Of a stretch of DNA of 64,000 bases, positions 55,400 to 64,000 are shown piece after piece. The notes below the pieces were generated by a model. The model had not been told where the DNA came from. It did no database searches and saw only the letters and a program-made list of their open reading frames with translations. Every line of letters begins with the position of its first letter. Within the stretch, counting starts at the first letter, position 1. The position numbers and the translations under genes are program-made. Source of the stretch: an uncultured Bacteroidales bacterium. GTDB taxonomy: Bacteria > Bacteroidota > Bacteroidia > Bacteroidales > UBA1402. Location of the stretch: assembly GCA_964502355.1 (NCBI GenBank), contig CAZCWK010000006.1, positions 2,321 through 66,320 of the forward strand, given 5' to 3'.

Positions 55400-58117
55400 A
55401 TGAATACTAAAAGAGTCTATACCTTTGGAAATGGTAAAGCTGAAGGTAAAGCTACTATGAAAAACCTTCTTGGAGGTAAAGGAGCAAATCTTGCAGAAAT
55501 GAATCTTATTGGCGTTCCAGTGCCTCCGGGTTTCACAATTACTACTGATGTTTGTTCAGAGTATTTTGAACTTGGAAAGGAAAAAGTTATTTCGCTGTTG
55601 AAGGAAGAAGTTGAAAACGCCATCAGCGGTGTTGAGATCCTTATGAAGTCCAGATTTGGAGATGTCGAAAATCCTCTTTTAGTGTCTGTTCGTTCTGGAG
55701 CAAGAGCCTCAATGCCTGGTATGATGGATACTATTCTGAACTTAGGTTTAAATGACAAGGTTGTAGAAGGTATGGCCAGAAAGACCGGTAATGCACGCTT
55801 TGCATGGGATTCATACAGAAGATTTGTGCAGATGTACGGTGATGTTGTACTTGGAATGAAGCCTGTCAATAAGAATGATATTGATCCGTTTGAAGAGATT
55901 ATTGAAGAAGTAAAACACTCAAAAGGCGTTAACCTTGATACAGAACTTCAAGTTGAAGATTTGAAAGAACTTGTAAGCAAATTTAAAAATGCTGTTAAAG
56001 AAAGAACCGGCAAAGATTTCCCTGAAAACTCTTTTGAGCAGCTTTGGGGTGCTGTATGCTCAGTTTTTGACAGCTGGATGAATGATCGTGCCATTCTTTA
56101 TCGTAAGATGGAAGGAATACCTTCAGAATGGGGTACCGCTGTTACTGTACAGGCTATGGTTTTTGGAAATATGGGCCTGACATCTGCAACGGGAGTTTGT
56201 TTCTCCCGCGATGCTGCGACAGGTGAAGACATGTTTATTGGAGAATATCTCATTAATGCACAAGGAGAAGATGTTGTTGCTGGTATCCGTACACCACAGC
56301 AAATCACAAAGGAAGGATCACAAAGATGGGCAAGACTGGCAAGCGTAAGTGAAGAAGATCGTATTTCAAAATATCCATCAATGGAAGAAGCCATGCCTGA
56401 GATATTTAACGAATTAAATTCGATTCAGGAAAAGGTGGAAGATCATTATAAAGACATGCAGGATATGGAATTTACCGTTCAGGAAGGAAAGCTTTGGTTT
56501 TTACAGACCAGAAACGGTAAAAGAACAGGAGCTGCTATGGTAAAGATTGCTATGGATATGTATCATCAGGGAATAATAGATGAAAAAACAGCTGTACTTC
56601 GTATAGATCCTCTAAAATTAGATGAACTTTTACATCCAATATTTGAAAAGAAAGCAATCAAAAATGCTAAAATTATTGCAAAGGGACTCGCTGCATCTCC
56701 TGGTGCTGCTACCGGTAGAATAGTTTTCAATGCAGATGATGCTTCTGAATGGGCTAAAAGAGGTGAGAAAGTGATAATGGTACGTATTGAAACCTCTCCT
56801 GAAGATTTAGCCGGAATGGCGGCAGCTCAGGGTATTTTAACAGCCAGAGGAGGTATGACATCTCATGCTGCTGTAGTTGCCAGAGGTATGGGTAAATGCT
56901 GTGTATCAGGTGCAGGCTCTTTAAAAATCGATTATGCTACCAAAACTATTGAGGTTGCTGACGTTGTACTTAAGGAAGGTGATAATTTATCATTAAATGG
57001 TTCAACCGGTGATATTTATTTGGGTGCTGTTGCTACAACTGAAGCCGAATTGGATAACGATTTTGCAGAACTGATGTCTCTTGCTGATAAGTATACGGTA
57101 ATGAAGGTCAGGACTAATGCTGATACTCCTCATGATGCGGAAGTTGCCAGAAAATTTGGTGCATCAGGTATAGGTCTTTGCAGAACAGAGCATATGTTTT
57201 TTGAAGGTGAAAAAATCAAGGCTATGCGTGAGATGATTCTTGCCGATGATGCAAATGGTCGTACAAAAGCTCTTGAAAAAATATTACCATTTCAGAAGGC
57301 TGACTTTAAGGGTATTTTTAAAGTTATGCATGATCTTCCTGTTACCGTACGTTTACTGGATCCACCATTGCATGAATTTGTACCTCATGAAGAAAAAGAA
57401 CAGGCAGAACTTGCTAAAGTCATGGGTATTTCACTGAAGAAAATTCAACAACGTGTGAATGAACTTCATGAAGCTAATCCGATGTTAGGACATCGTGGTT
57501 GTCGTTTAGGAAATACATATCCTGAAATTACTGAAATGCAGACCAGAGCTATCCTTGGAGCTGCACTTGAATTACAGGAAGAAGGAATTACCGCAATTCC
57601 TGAAATAATGGTTCCTTTGACAGGTATCTTATATGAATTTTTGGAACAGGAGAAAGTTATTCGTGCTACAGCAGAAAAGTTGTTTGCAGAAACCGGTAAA
57701 AGAATTGATTACAAAGTAGGAACGATGATTGAAATACCAAGAGCTGCTCTTACAGCTAATCGTATTGCATCAGCTGCAGAGTTTTTCTCATTTGGTACAA
57801 ATGACCTGACACAAATGACATTTGGTTACAGCCGTGATGATATCGCTTCATTCCTTCCAATATATCTTGAAAAGAAAATCCTCAAAGCTGATCCTTTCCA
57901 GGTTCTTGATCAGAAGGGTGTTGGCCAGTTAGTTCAGATGGCGACTGAAAGAGGTCGTTCAGTACGTCCGGAATTGAAATGTGGAATTTGTGGTGAACAT
58001 GGTGGAGAGCCATCATCTGTTGAGTTCTGTCATAGAACCGGCTTGAATTATGTAAGTTGTTCACCTTTCAGGGTACCTATTGCAAGAATTGCTGCAGCTC
58101 AGGCTGCTTTGAGATAA
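55400..58117 (+). CDS. ppdK: pyruvate, phosphate dikinase
   Basis: From ATG 55400: MNTKRVYTFGNGKAEG. Phosphohistidine motif GGMTSHAAVVARG, and the C-terminal PEP-utilising motif GICGEHGG. The 31 residues upstream in the track ORF are hydrophobic junk. Confidence 0.95.
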   Translation: MNTKRVYTFGNGKAEGKATMKNLLGGKGANLAEMNLIGVPVPPGFTITTDVCSEYFELGKEKVISLLKEEVENAISGVEILMKSRFGDVENPLLVSVRSGARASMPGMMDTILNLGLNDKVVEGMARKTGNARFAWDSYRRFVQMYGDVVLGMKPVNKNDIDPFEEIIEEVKHSKGVNLDTELQVEDLKELVSKFKNAVKERTGKDFPENSFEQLWGAVCSVFDSWMNDRAILYRKMEGIPSEWGTAVTVQAMVFGNMGLTSATGVCFSRDAATGEDMFIGEYLINAQGEDVVAGIRTPQQITKEGSQRWARLASVSEEDRISKYPSMEEAMPEIFNELNSIQEKVEDHYKDMQDMEFTVQEGKLWFLQTRNGKRTGAAMVKIAMDMYHQGIIDEKTAVLRIDPLKLDELLHPIFEKKAIKNAKIIAKGLAASPGAATGRIVFNADDASEWAKRGEKVIMVRIETSPEDLAGMAAAQGILTARGGMTSHAAVVARGMGKCCVSGAGSLKIDYATKTIEVADVVLKEGDNLSLNGSTGDIYLGAVATTEAELDNDFAELMSLADKYTVMKVRTNADTPHDAEVARKFGASGIGLCRTEHMFFEGEKIKAMREMILADDANGRTKALEKILPFQKADFKGIFKVMHDLPVTVRLLDPPLHEFVPHEEKEQAELAKVMGISLKKIQQRVNELHEANPMLGHRGCRLGNTYPEITEMQTRAILGAALELQEEGITAIPEIMVPLTGILYEFLEQEKVIRATAEKLFAETGKRIDYKVGTMIEIPRAALTANRIASAAEFFSFGTNDLTQMTFGYSRDDIASFLPIYLEKKILKADPFQVLDQKGVGQLVQMATERGRSVRPELKCGICGEHGGEPSSVEFCHRTGLNYVSCSPFRVPIARIAAAQAALR

Positions 58118-58134
58118 TTGGTTTATCAATTACA

Positions 58135-58182
58135 TTATAACAATGAGGCTGTAACATTGATCGTTCAGCCTCATTGTTATAA
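58135..58182 (+). terminator. strong terminator-like hairpin after ppdK (17-bp stem)
   Basis: TTATAACAATGAGGCTG (58135-58151) pairs perfectly with CAGCCTCATTGTTATAA (58166-58182), with a 14-nt loop. It starts 18 nt after the ppdK stop. Confidence 0.6.
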
Positions 58183-58320
58183 ATGAGCAAAATAAATCTG
58201 TTCTGAATAATCCTGATGACTTGTTACAAGTCACATAACTTTTAAATAGATTTTACCGTTTTATTCTTGTCAATTTTAGGGAAATTAACTAATATAGCAG
58301 TTCATATAAGCAATAGCCTG

Positions 58321-58611
58321 ATGAAATACAAGGAGTTTATAGATTCTATTTCGAAAAAGACCGGTATTGACAACACAAATACCGAATTTTTGTCGGAAAA
58401 AACATGTCAGATAATTATTGATATGTTAAGCAAAGGAGATACTTTATCCATACAAGGTTTCGGAACTTTTATTGTAAAAAAAAGGGAAGAGCGGTTATCT
58501 GTAATCCCCTCTACACAAAAAAGATTACTGATTCCACCGAAGCTTGTTCCTGGTTTTAAACCCGGACCATTATTGAAAGAAAAAATCAAAAACCTTTCGA
58601 ACAATGGATAA
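58321..58611 (+). CDS. HU family DNA-binding protein
   Basis: From ATG 58321: MKYKEFIDSISKKTGID...GFGTFIVKKREER...IPPKLVPGFKPG, an HU/IHF fold pattern. The track start 58267 is TTG. Confidence 0.8.
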   Translation: MKYKEFIDSISKKTGIDNTNTEFLSEKTCQIIIDMLSKGDTLSIQGFGTFIVKKREERLSVIPSTQKRLLIPPKLVPGFKPGPLLKEKIKNLSNNG

Positions 58612-60055
58612 AAAACTATTATTTCAGGATTTGGTAGATGCTCTAAGCGAATCAGGCGAAATCAGGAAGAAAGAAGCTGATGAGTTTCTTAAGGTTTTTT
58701 TTGATTTACTTGAAGATGGCTTGCTCAATGAGAAGTTAGTAAAAATAAACAATCTGGGTACTTTCAAGCTAATTGAAGCAGAAGCAAGAAATAGCGTTGA
58801 TGTAAATACAGGTGAAAGTTTCCTCATTAAAGAGCATTTTAAGATTAGTTTTACTCCTGATCAGGTTTTGAAAGATGCTGTAAATAAACCTTTTTCTGCT
58901 TTTGAACCTGTAGAATCAAATATTACAGACGATAATACAGCAAATAGTGTAATTGCTGAAGACGAAGATCCAGAAATACCACAAAAGCCATCTCTGTCCC
59001 CCAAAGAAAGGATTTGCGAACATAATACCGAGCATACAATTGAGAATTTAAAGTATAATACAGTATATAGTGGTGAGGCTCAAAAAATTGAATGTGATTG
59101 TAAAATATTGCAAAATGTAGAACCAGTTTCTGATAAAAACTTAAATGGAATAAGAATTTCTGAAACTGGTATCATTTATGATTATGATTCAGATGTCCCT
59201 GATATCACATATTATAACAAGGAAGATGAGCATAAAGAGTTTAAAACTAATAATGATGTATCTGAGAACTGTATTATTAACGAAATTGATTCGGATATTC
59301 CTGATATTGAAATAGAACAAACCAATTCTCTTTTGATTAGTACTGAAGAGTACCAACTGACACCTGATATTTCTATTGAAGAGCAAAGAAGCTTCATTTC
59401 AGACACAGAAGAGCCACAATTAATATCTAAGGATAATATAAATAGAAAACAGAGATTAATAATAATCGGAAAGAGAACAAGATTTATTTTTTTCTCAATA
59501 ATATGCATTATTGGTATATTAATACTTATATGGTCAATAATTTCAAATTTGGAAGTACAAAAAGACATCGATCAGAAAAATAAGATAAAAGAATTATATT
59601 TAAAGGAACAATCTGTTAAGAAGTCACCAGTATCAACTGATTCAGTTACCGGAGTACAAGAAGATAGTCTTAAGACCAAAAAGGATACTATTATTCAAAA
59701 AAAGAATAAAGAAGCAATAATCTCAGACAAGCAGGTTGAAATTGAAACCAAAAAAACAGAGTCAACTAAACAAAACATTGTAAACAAAAATATTTTACCG
59801 AAAACAATAATTATACATCCAGGTGAGAGATTGTTGGATCTATCAAAAAAATACTATGGCAATTCTGTTTTTTGGGTATACATTTATCTGGACAATAAAA
59901 ATGTAATCAGTGATCCTAATAATGTTGTAGTAGGTACAAAAATATTAATATCCAAACCTGATCCTTCTAAAATAAACTCTAATGATCCGGTTTCAATTGA
60001 TAAAGCGAAAAAATTGCAATCAAGCATTTTTTCTGAATTCAAAACTGTAAATTAA
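58604..60055 (+). CDS. HU-like domain / acidic repeat linker / TM helix / LysM-like domain fusion protein
   Basis: 483 aa. N-terminal HU fold (LVKINNLGTFKLIEAEARNSVDVNTGE). Acidic region with repeated DSD[VI]PDI. TM FIFFSIICIIGILILIWSII. C-terminal LysM-like HPGERLLDLSKKYYGN...VVGTKILISKP. Overlaps the upstream HU gene by 8 nt. Confidence 0.7.
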   Translation: MDKKLLFQDLVDALSESGEIRKKEADEFLKVFFDLLEDGLLNEKLVKINNLGTFKLIEAEARNSVDVNTGESFLIKEHFKISFTPDQVLKDAVNKPFSAFEPVESNITDDNTANSVIAEDEDPEIPQKPSLSPKERICEHNTEHTIENLKYNTVYSGEAQKIECDCKILQNVEPVSDKNLNGIRISETGIIYDYDSDVPDITYYNKEDEHKEFKTNNDVSENCIINEIDSDIPDIEIEQTNSLLISTEEYQLTPDISIEEQRSFISDTEEPQLISKDNINRKQRLIIIGKRTRFIFFSIICIIGILILIWSIISNLEVQKDIDQKNKIKELYLKEQSVKKSPVSTDSVTGVQEDSLKTKKDTIIQKKNKEAIISDKQVEIETKKTESTKQNIVNKNILPKTIIIHPGERLLDLSKKYYGNSVFWVYIYLDNKNVISDPNNVVVGTKILISKPDPSKINSNDPVSIDKAKKLQSSIFSEFKTVN

Positions 60056-60195
60056 ATTATTCCGGAAAGCTTGCATAGAATGAGCCGTATATTTTTTGAT
60101 ATTCATGGCACATAAAATATGGATGATATTTCATTTAAAGTGTCATACTTAAACATTTTTAACGAGAATGGTTATTTATTAAAACAAGCGTTAGT

Positions 60196-60203
60196 TAATT
60201 TTG
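60196..60203 (+). promoter_or_regulatory. candidate -7 promoter box (TAnnTTTG)
   Basis: TAATTTTG lies 35 nt upstream of the moxR ATG. Confidence 0.35.
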
Positions 60204-60237
60204 CAAATCAATTTTCAAACACAATAAACTATTAAAT

Positions 60238-61233
60238 ATGAGTCAAACCGTTAACATCAGGGAATTAAATGAACTGATTGAAAGGAAAAGTGCATTTGTC
60301 GATACAATATTCCTGGGTATGGACAAAGTTATCGTTGGGCAGAAACACTTGGTTGAGTCTTTACTGATTGGTCTGCTTTCAGACGGACATCTTCTGCTTG
60401 AAGGTGTGCCGGGATTGGCAAAAACATTGGCAATCAAAAGTTTATCATCTTTGATTGATTCTAAATTTAGTAGAATCCAGTTCACGCCCGATTTATTACC
60501 TGCCGACGTAATTGGCACCATGATTTATAGTCAGAAAAAAGAAGAGTTTTTGGTAAAAAAAGGACCAATATTTGCAAATTTTATACTTGCGGATGAAATA
60601 AACAGAGCTCCGGCTAAAGTTCAGAGTGCTTTATTGGAAGCAATGCAGGAAAGACAGGTTACAATAAGTGACAAAACATTTGAACTTGACAAACCTTTCC
60701 TTGTGATGGCAACCCAAAACCCAATAGAACAGGAAGGTACTTATCAGCTACCTGAAGCCCAGGTTGACCGTTTTATGCTGAAGGTTATTGTAGGCTATCC
60801 CAAAAAAGATGAAGAAGTCCTGATTATCAGACAAAATATGTCAGGTAGTATGCCTGAAATAAAACCAGTTCTTGGTCCTAAAGATATTATGGAAGCAAGA
60901 GATGTGGTCAGACAAGTCTATATGGATGAAAAAATTGAAAAATATATTGTTGATATCGTTTTTTCAACCAGATATCCTGAAGAATATGGCTTGAATGATT
61001 TAAAAGGTATGATTTCATTCGGCGGATCTCCCCGTGCTTCAATAAATCTTGCTTTAGCTGCCCGTTCTTACGCTTTTATTAAGAGAAGAGGCTACGTAAT
61101 ACCTGAAGATGTCAGAGCTATCTGTCATGATGTGCTACGTCATCGTATCGGTTTAAGTTATGAAGCAGAAGCAAACAATCTTACAAGTGAAGAGATAATT
61201 AGTGAAATTCTTAATAAAGTAGAAGTACCTTAA
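60238..61233 (+). CDS. MoxR-family AAA+ ATPase
   Basis: 331 aa. LLEGVPGLAKT (Walker A), ILADEINRAPAKVQSALLEAMQE, ATQNPIEQEGTYQLPEAQVDRF. Confidence 0.9.
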   Translation: MSQTVNIRELNELIERKSAFVDTIFLGMDKVIVGQKHLVESLLIGLLSDGHLLLEGVPGLAKTLAIKSLSSLIDSKFSRIQFTPDLLPADVIGTMIYSQKKEEFLVKKGPIFANFILADEINRAPAKVQSALLEAMQERQVTISDKTFELDKPFLVMATQNPIEQEGTYQLPEAQVDRFMLKVIVGYPKKDEEVLIIRQNMSGSMPEIKPVLGPKDIMEARDVVRQVYMDEKIEKYIVDIVFSTRYPEEYGLNDLKGMISFGGSPRASINLALAARSYAFIKRRGYVIPEDVRAICHDVLRHRIGLSYEAEANNLTSEEIISEILNKVEVP

Positions 61234-61239
61234 AAATTA

Positions 61240-62109
61240 ATGGAAACCAGCGAGCTTTTAAAAAAGGTACGAAAAATCGAGATTAAATCACGCGGATTAT
61301 CCAGCAATATTTTTGCAGGACAATACCATACTGCTTTTAAAGGTCGTGGTATGGCATTTTCTGAGGTAAGAGAATATCAATACGGAGATGATATTCGCAA
61401 TATTGACTGGAATGTAACCGCGAGATTTGACAAACCCTATGTCAAAATTTTTGAAGAAGAAAGAGAGCTGACAGTAATGTTGCTGATTGATGTTTCAGGA
61501 AGTCATAGTTTTGGTACAGTTAATAATTTTAAAAGAGAAATTATTACTGAAATAGCAGCAACTCTCGCTTTTTCAGCTATTCAAAACAATGATAAGATAG
61601 GTGTTATATTTTTTTCGGATAAAGTTGAAAAGTTTATTCCTCCTCAGAAAGGTAAAAAACATACTCTTTATATAATCAGAGAATTAATTAATTTTCAACC
61701 TGATAACAAAAAAACCGACATTTCATTGGCTCTTAAGTATATGACCGGGGCTATAAAGAAACGTTGTACAGCTTTCATTATTTCAGATTTTATAGACAAA
61801 ATGGATTTTAAAACAGATCTTACTATAGCAAATCGAAAACATGATATAGTTGCCATTCAGGTATTTGATAAGCGAGAAGCTGAACTGCCATCTGTAGGAT
61901 TAATGTATGTTCATGATGCTGAAACCGATAAACAAAGATTGATTGATACCTCCTCAAATACTGTCAGAGAGACATATAGAAGATGGTGGAAAGATCTCCA
62001 GGAAAAACTGTCGGATACTTTCAAAAAAAGTAAAGTTGATTCAATTTCGATTTCAACAGATCAGGATTATGTACGAGCATTAATGAACCTGTTTAATCTG
62101 AGATCGTAA
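61240..62109 (+). CDS. DUF58 domain-containing protein (VWA-like, MoxR partner)
   Basis: 289 aa. YQYGDDIRNIDWNVTAR motif. Standard position after moxR. Confidence 0.8.
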   Translation: METSELLKKVRKIEIKSRGLSSNIFAGQYHTAFKGRGMAFSEVREYQYGDDIRNIDWNVTARFDKPYVKIFEEERELTVMLLIDVSGSHSFGTVNNFKREIITEIAATLAFSAIQNNDKIGVIFFSDKVEKFIPPQKGKKHTLYIIRELINFQPDNKKTDISLALKYMTGAIKKRCTAFIISDFIDKMDFKTDLTIANRKHDIVAIQVFDKREAELPSVGLMYVHDAETDKQRLIDTSSNTVRETYRRWWKDLQEKLSDTFKKSKVDSISISTDQDYVRALMNLFNLRS

Positions 62110-62135
62110 CCATATACAGAAAGCCTATATTTTAT

Positions 62136-63170
62136 ATGAGTATAAAAAAAATATTTTTGATTTTTGTCCTGATTAATTTGGCTTTTATACCTGCATATTC
62201 ACAGGTATCGGTAAATGCATCCATTGACTCTACACAGTTAATGATTGGACAACAATCTGCGATGCATTTAAAAATATCCGGACCTTCATCAAAGAAATAT
62301 GTTTTGCCTCAATTTCCCGGTGATACTCTGGTAAATGGGATTGAAGTCCTTTTAAAAAGTAATGTAGACACCATCAAACAGGAAAATGGTGAAATCCAGT
62401 TAAAGATAGATTATCTGGTTACTTCATTTGATACCGGTTTGTACTACATACCTCCGATAAAAGTACTTGCAGATCAGGATACATTTTTAAGTAATAATAT
62501 GGCTATTAAAGTATTAACATATGAAGTTGATACTACTAAAGCTCAGTTATTTGATATTAAAGGAGTGCAACAACCCCCAATTGTCTTAAGCGATTATTAT
62601 ACAATTTTGATAATAATTCTGTTGGCTTATATCCTGGCTTTGATTACTATATGGTTTATACTTCGAAAAAAGTACAAAAATAAAGAAAAGCAAACCGAAG
62701 AACAGGATAAATACCTGCCACCCCATGTCAGAGCATTATTTGAGCTTGATAAGCTTAAATCAGAAAAAATGTGGAGAGCAGGTAAAAATAAAGAGTATTA
62801 TACTAAACTATCTGATATTATTCGAGAGTATATACAGCGTAGATACCAGATCAATGCACTGGAAATGACAACGGGTGAAATTTTACCATTTTTCGGCAAA
62901 GACAAAATTACACAATCTGTTTATTTAAATCTGAAGCAGATACTTCAGCTTTCCGATCTTGTAAAGTTTGCCAAATATTCACCATTAGAAGATGATAATG
63001 AGCTAAGTTTAATGAATGCATTCTTATTTGTAAATCAAACGAAATTTGAAGAAGTTCAATCTATTGATGAGCAGAAAGAGGCATTTAATGAAAAGAATGA
63101 AACCAATAATAACTCAACAAATATTGTTGATGAAGATCAGGAGTATCTGAAAAAATTTCAAAGAAAATGA
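62136..63170 (+). CDS. hypothetical membrane protein of the Bat-type operon
   Basis: 344 aa. Signal peptide, extracytoplasmic N-domain, one central TM (YYTILIIILLAYILALITIWFIL), charged C-terminal half. ATGA overlap with batA. Confidence 0.5.
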   Translation: MSIKKIFLIFVLINLAFIPAYSQVSVNASIDSTQLMIGQQSAMHLKISGPSSKKYVLPQFPGDTLVNGIEVLLKSNVDTIKQENGEIQLKIDYLVTSFDTGLYYIPPIKVLADQDTFLSNNMAIKVLTYEVDTTKAQLFDIKGVQQPPIVLSDYYTILIIILLAYILALITIWFILRKKYKNKEKQTEEQDKYLPPHVRALFELDKLKSEKMWRAGKNKEYYTKLSDIIREYIQRRYQINALEMTTGEILPFFGKDKITQSVYLNLKQILQLSDLVKFAKYSPLEDDNELSLMNAFLFVNQTKFEEVQSIDEQKEAFNEKNETNNNSTNIVDEDQEYLKKFQRK

Positions 63171-64000
63171 TATTAGCAAATCCACAATACCTATTTTTAA
63201 TATTGCTGTTAATACCAGCCATTGCATGGTATGTACTCAAAAGAAATAAATCACATGCAACTTTACAGGTTTCAAACAGTTATGCATTAGACACATTACG
63301 AAAATCCTGGAAAGAGCGTCTGGTCCATTTACCTTTTATCCTGAAGATGCTTGCTTTTGTTATGCTGGTACTGGTACTATCACGTCCTCAATCCACTAAT
63401 AGCTGGCAAAATGTTTCTACAGAAGGTATTGATATTGTCATTACTCTTGATATATCAAGTAGTATGCTTGCCGAAGATTTAAGACCAAACAGACTTGAGG
63501 CAGCAAAGACTGTTGCGTCGAATTTTATTTCAGGCAGACCAAATGACAATATCGGATTAGTTGTTTTTTCAGCTGAAAGCTACACACAATGTCCGTTAAC
63601 AACAGACCATACTGTTTTATTAAACTTATTTGGTGGAATTAAAAGTGGTATCATAGAAGATGGTACAGCAATTGGATTAGGTCTCGCAAATGCAGTAAAC
63701 AGAATCAAAGATTCTAAAGCCAAATCAAAAGTTATTATTCTTCTTACAGATGGAACAAACAACAGAGGTGATATTGATCCGATAACCGCTGCAGAACTGG
63801 CTAAAACATTTGGTATCAGAGTATATACTATTGGTATTGGTACTCATGGCAAAGCTCCTTATCCATTCCAGACTGCCTATGGTGTTCAATATCAAAATAT
63901 TGATGTAGTGATTGACGAACAACCTCTTAAACAGATTGCCGGCTTAACCGGGGGAGAGTATTACAGAGCAACAAATAATAATAGTCTGAAGAGTATTTAT
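63167..64000 (+). CDS. batA: VWA domain-containing protein BatA, C-terminus beyond window edge
   Basis: Not in the track because it runs off the window. My translation from ATG 63167: MILANPQYLFLILLLIPAIAWYVLKR..., with two N-terminal TM segments and VWA MIDAS motifs (DIVITLDISSSM, IILLTDGTNN). Confidence 0.8.
   Translation, partial: MILANPQYLFLILLLIPAIAWYVLKRNKSHATLQVSNSYALDTLRKSWKERLVHLPFILKMLAFVMLVLVLSRPQSTNSWQNVSTEGIDIVITLDISSSMLAEDLRPNRLEAAKTVASNFISGRPNDNIGLVVFSAESYTQCPLTTDHTVLLNLFGGIKSGIIEDGTAIGLGLANAVNRIKDSKAKSKVIILLTDGTNNRGDIDPITAAELAKTFGIRVYTIGIGTHGKAPYPFQTAYGVQYQNIDVVIDEQPLKQIAGLTGGEYYRATNNNSLKSIY

Noticed and set aside
55417-56394. 150-aa and 98-aa minus-strand ORFs inside ppdK
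   Set aside because: They are antisense to a very well supported ppdK reading frame. Long shadow ORFs are expected in this relatively GC-richer, highly codon-biased gene.
1-64000. Scan for tRNA/rRNA genes, CRISPR arrays, integrases, transposases and prophage genes
   Set aside because: No T-loop-like GGTTCGAAT/GTTCAAATC contexts occur outside coding frames. There are no regularly spaced direct repeats. No ORF has recombinase or transposase motifs. The peptide cluster has no recognisable flanking att-like repeats, so mobility cannot be claimed.

Overview
This is an AT-rich chromosomal segment with almost no Shine-Dalgarno sequences. Its gene content points to Bacteroidota, probably Bacteroidales: a Bat aerotolerance-type operon, an ECF sigma/DUF4252 operon, a DUF4835 gene, TAnnTTTG-type -7 boxes, and a double-glycine peptide with a C39-ABC exporter. 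I support about 58 protein-coding genes. I saw no rRNA, tRNA, CRISPR array, integrase or transposase.

Gene order across the window:
- menaquinone operon menF-D-B-C-E on the minus strand (menE is cut by the window edge), then an esterase
- an NDP-sugar precursor cluster: CapD-like dehydratase, gmd-fcl, rfbA-B-C, and a cytidylyltransferase-GHMP kinase fusion
- ygiQ and mutS2, then a GH2-like lipoprotein
- a histidine kinase/response regulator pair, a small peptide-export cluster, and a second paralogous orphan histidine kinase
- an ECF sigma operon, then ltaE and a TlpA-like oxidoreductase
- a kdsB-headed glycan locus with a flippase, an acetyltransferase and five glycosyltransferases
- a housekeeping block: murB, MBL hydrolase, dnaN, dnaQ-like, coaBC, DUF4835, recN, rlmB, a membrane transporter, ridA, rlmD, ppdK
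- an HU gene plus an HU-TM-LysM fusion, then the start of the Bat operon (moxR, DUF58, membrane protein, batA, truncated).

The best candidate for something undescribed lies at about 24.3-28.6 kb. It contains an unannotated 48-aa double-glycine-leader peptide whose 19-aa core has no Cys, Ser, Thr or Lys and looks like a beta-hairpin. Next come an unannotated 58-aa ORF, a SPASM-domain protein that lacks the radical-SAM CxxxCxxC triad, a peptidase-containing ABC exporter, and a 171-aa mini-HlyD adaptor. No true radical SAM or ATP-grasp maturase is present. The cluster is bracketed by two paralogous sensor kinases and preceded by a repeat-dense promoter region.

Secondary items are a 150-bp nested palindrome that is also a 59-codon ORF upstream of the MBL gene, the nucleotidyltransferase-GHMP kinase fusion, and the HU-TM-LysM protein.

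All calls rest on motif reading by eye. No database search was possible.
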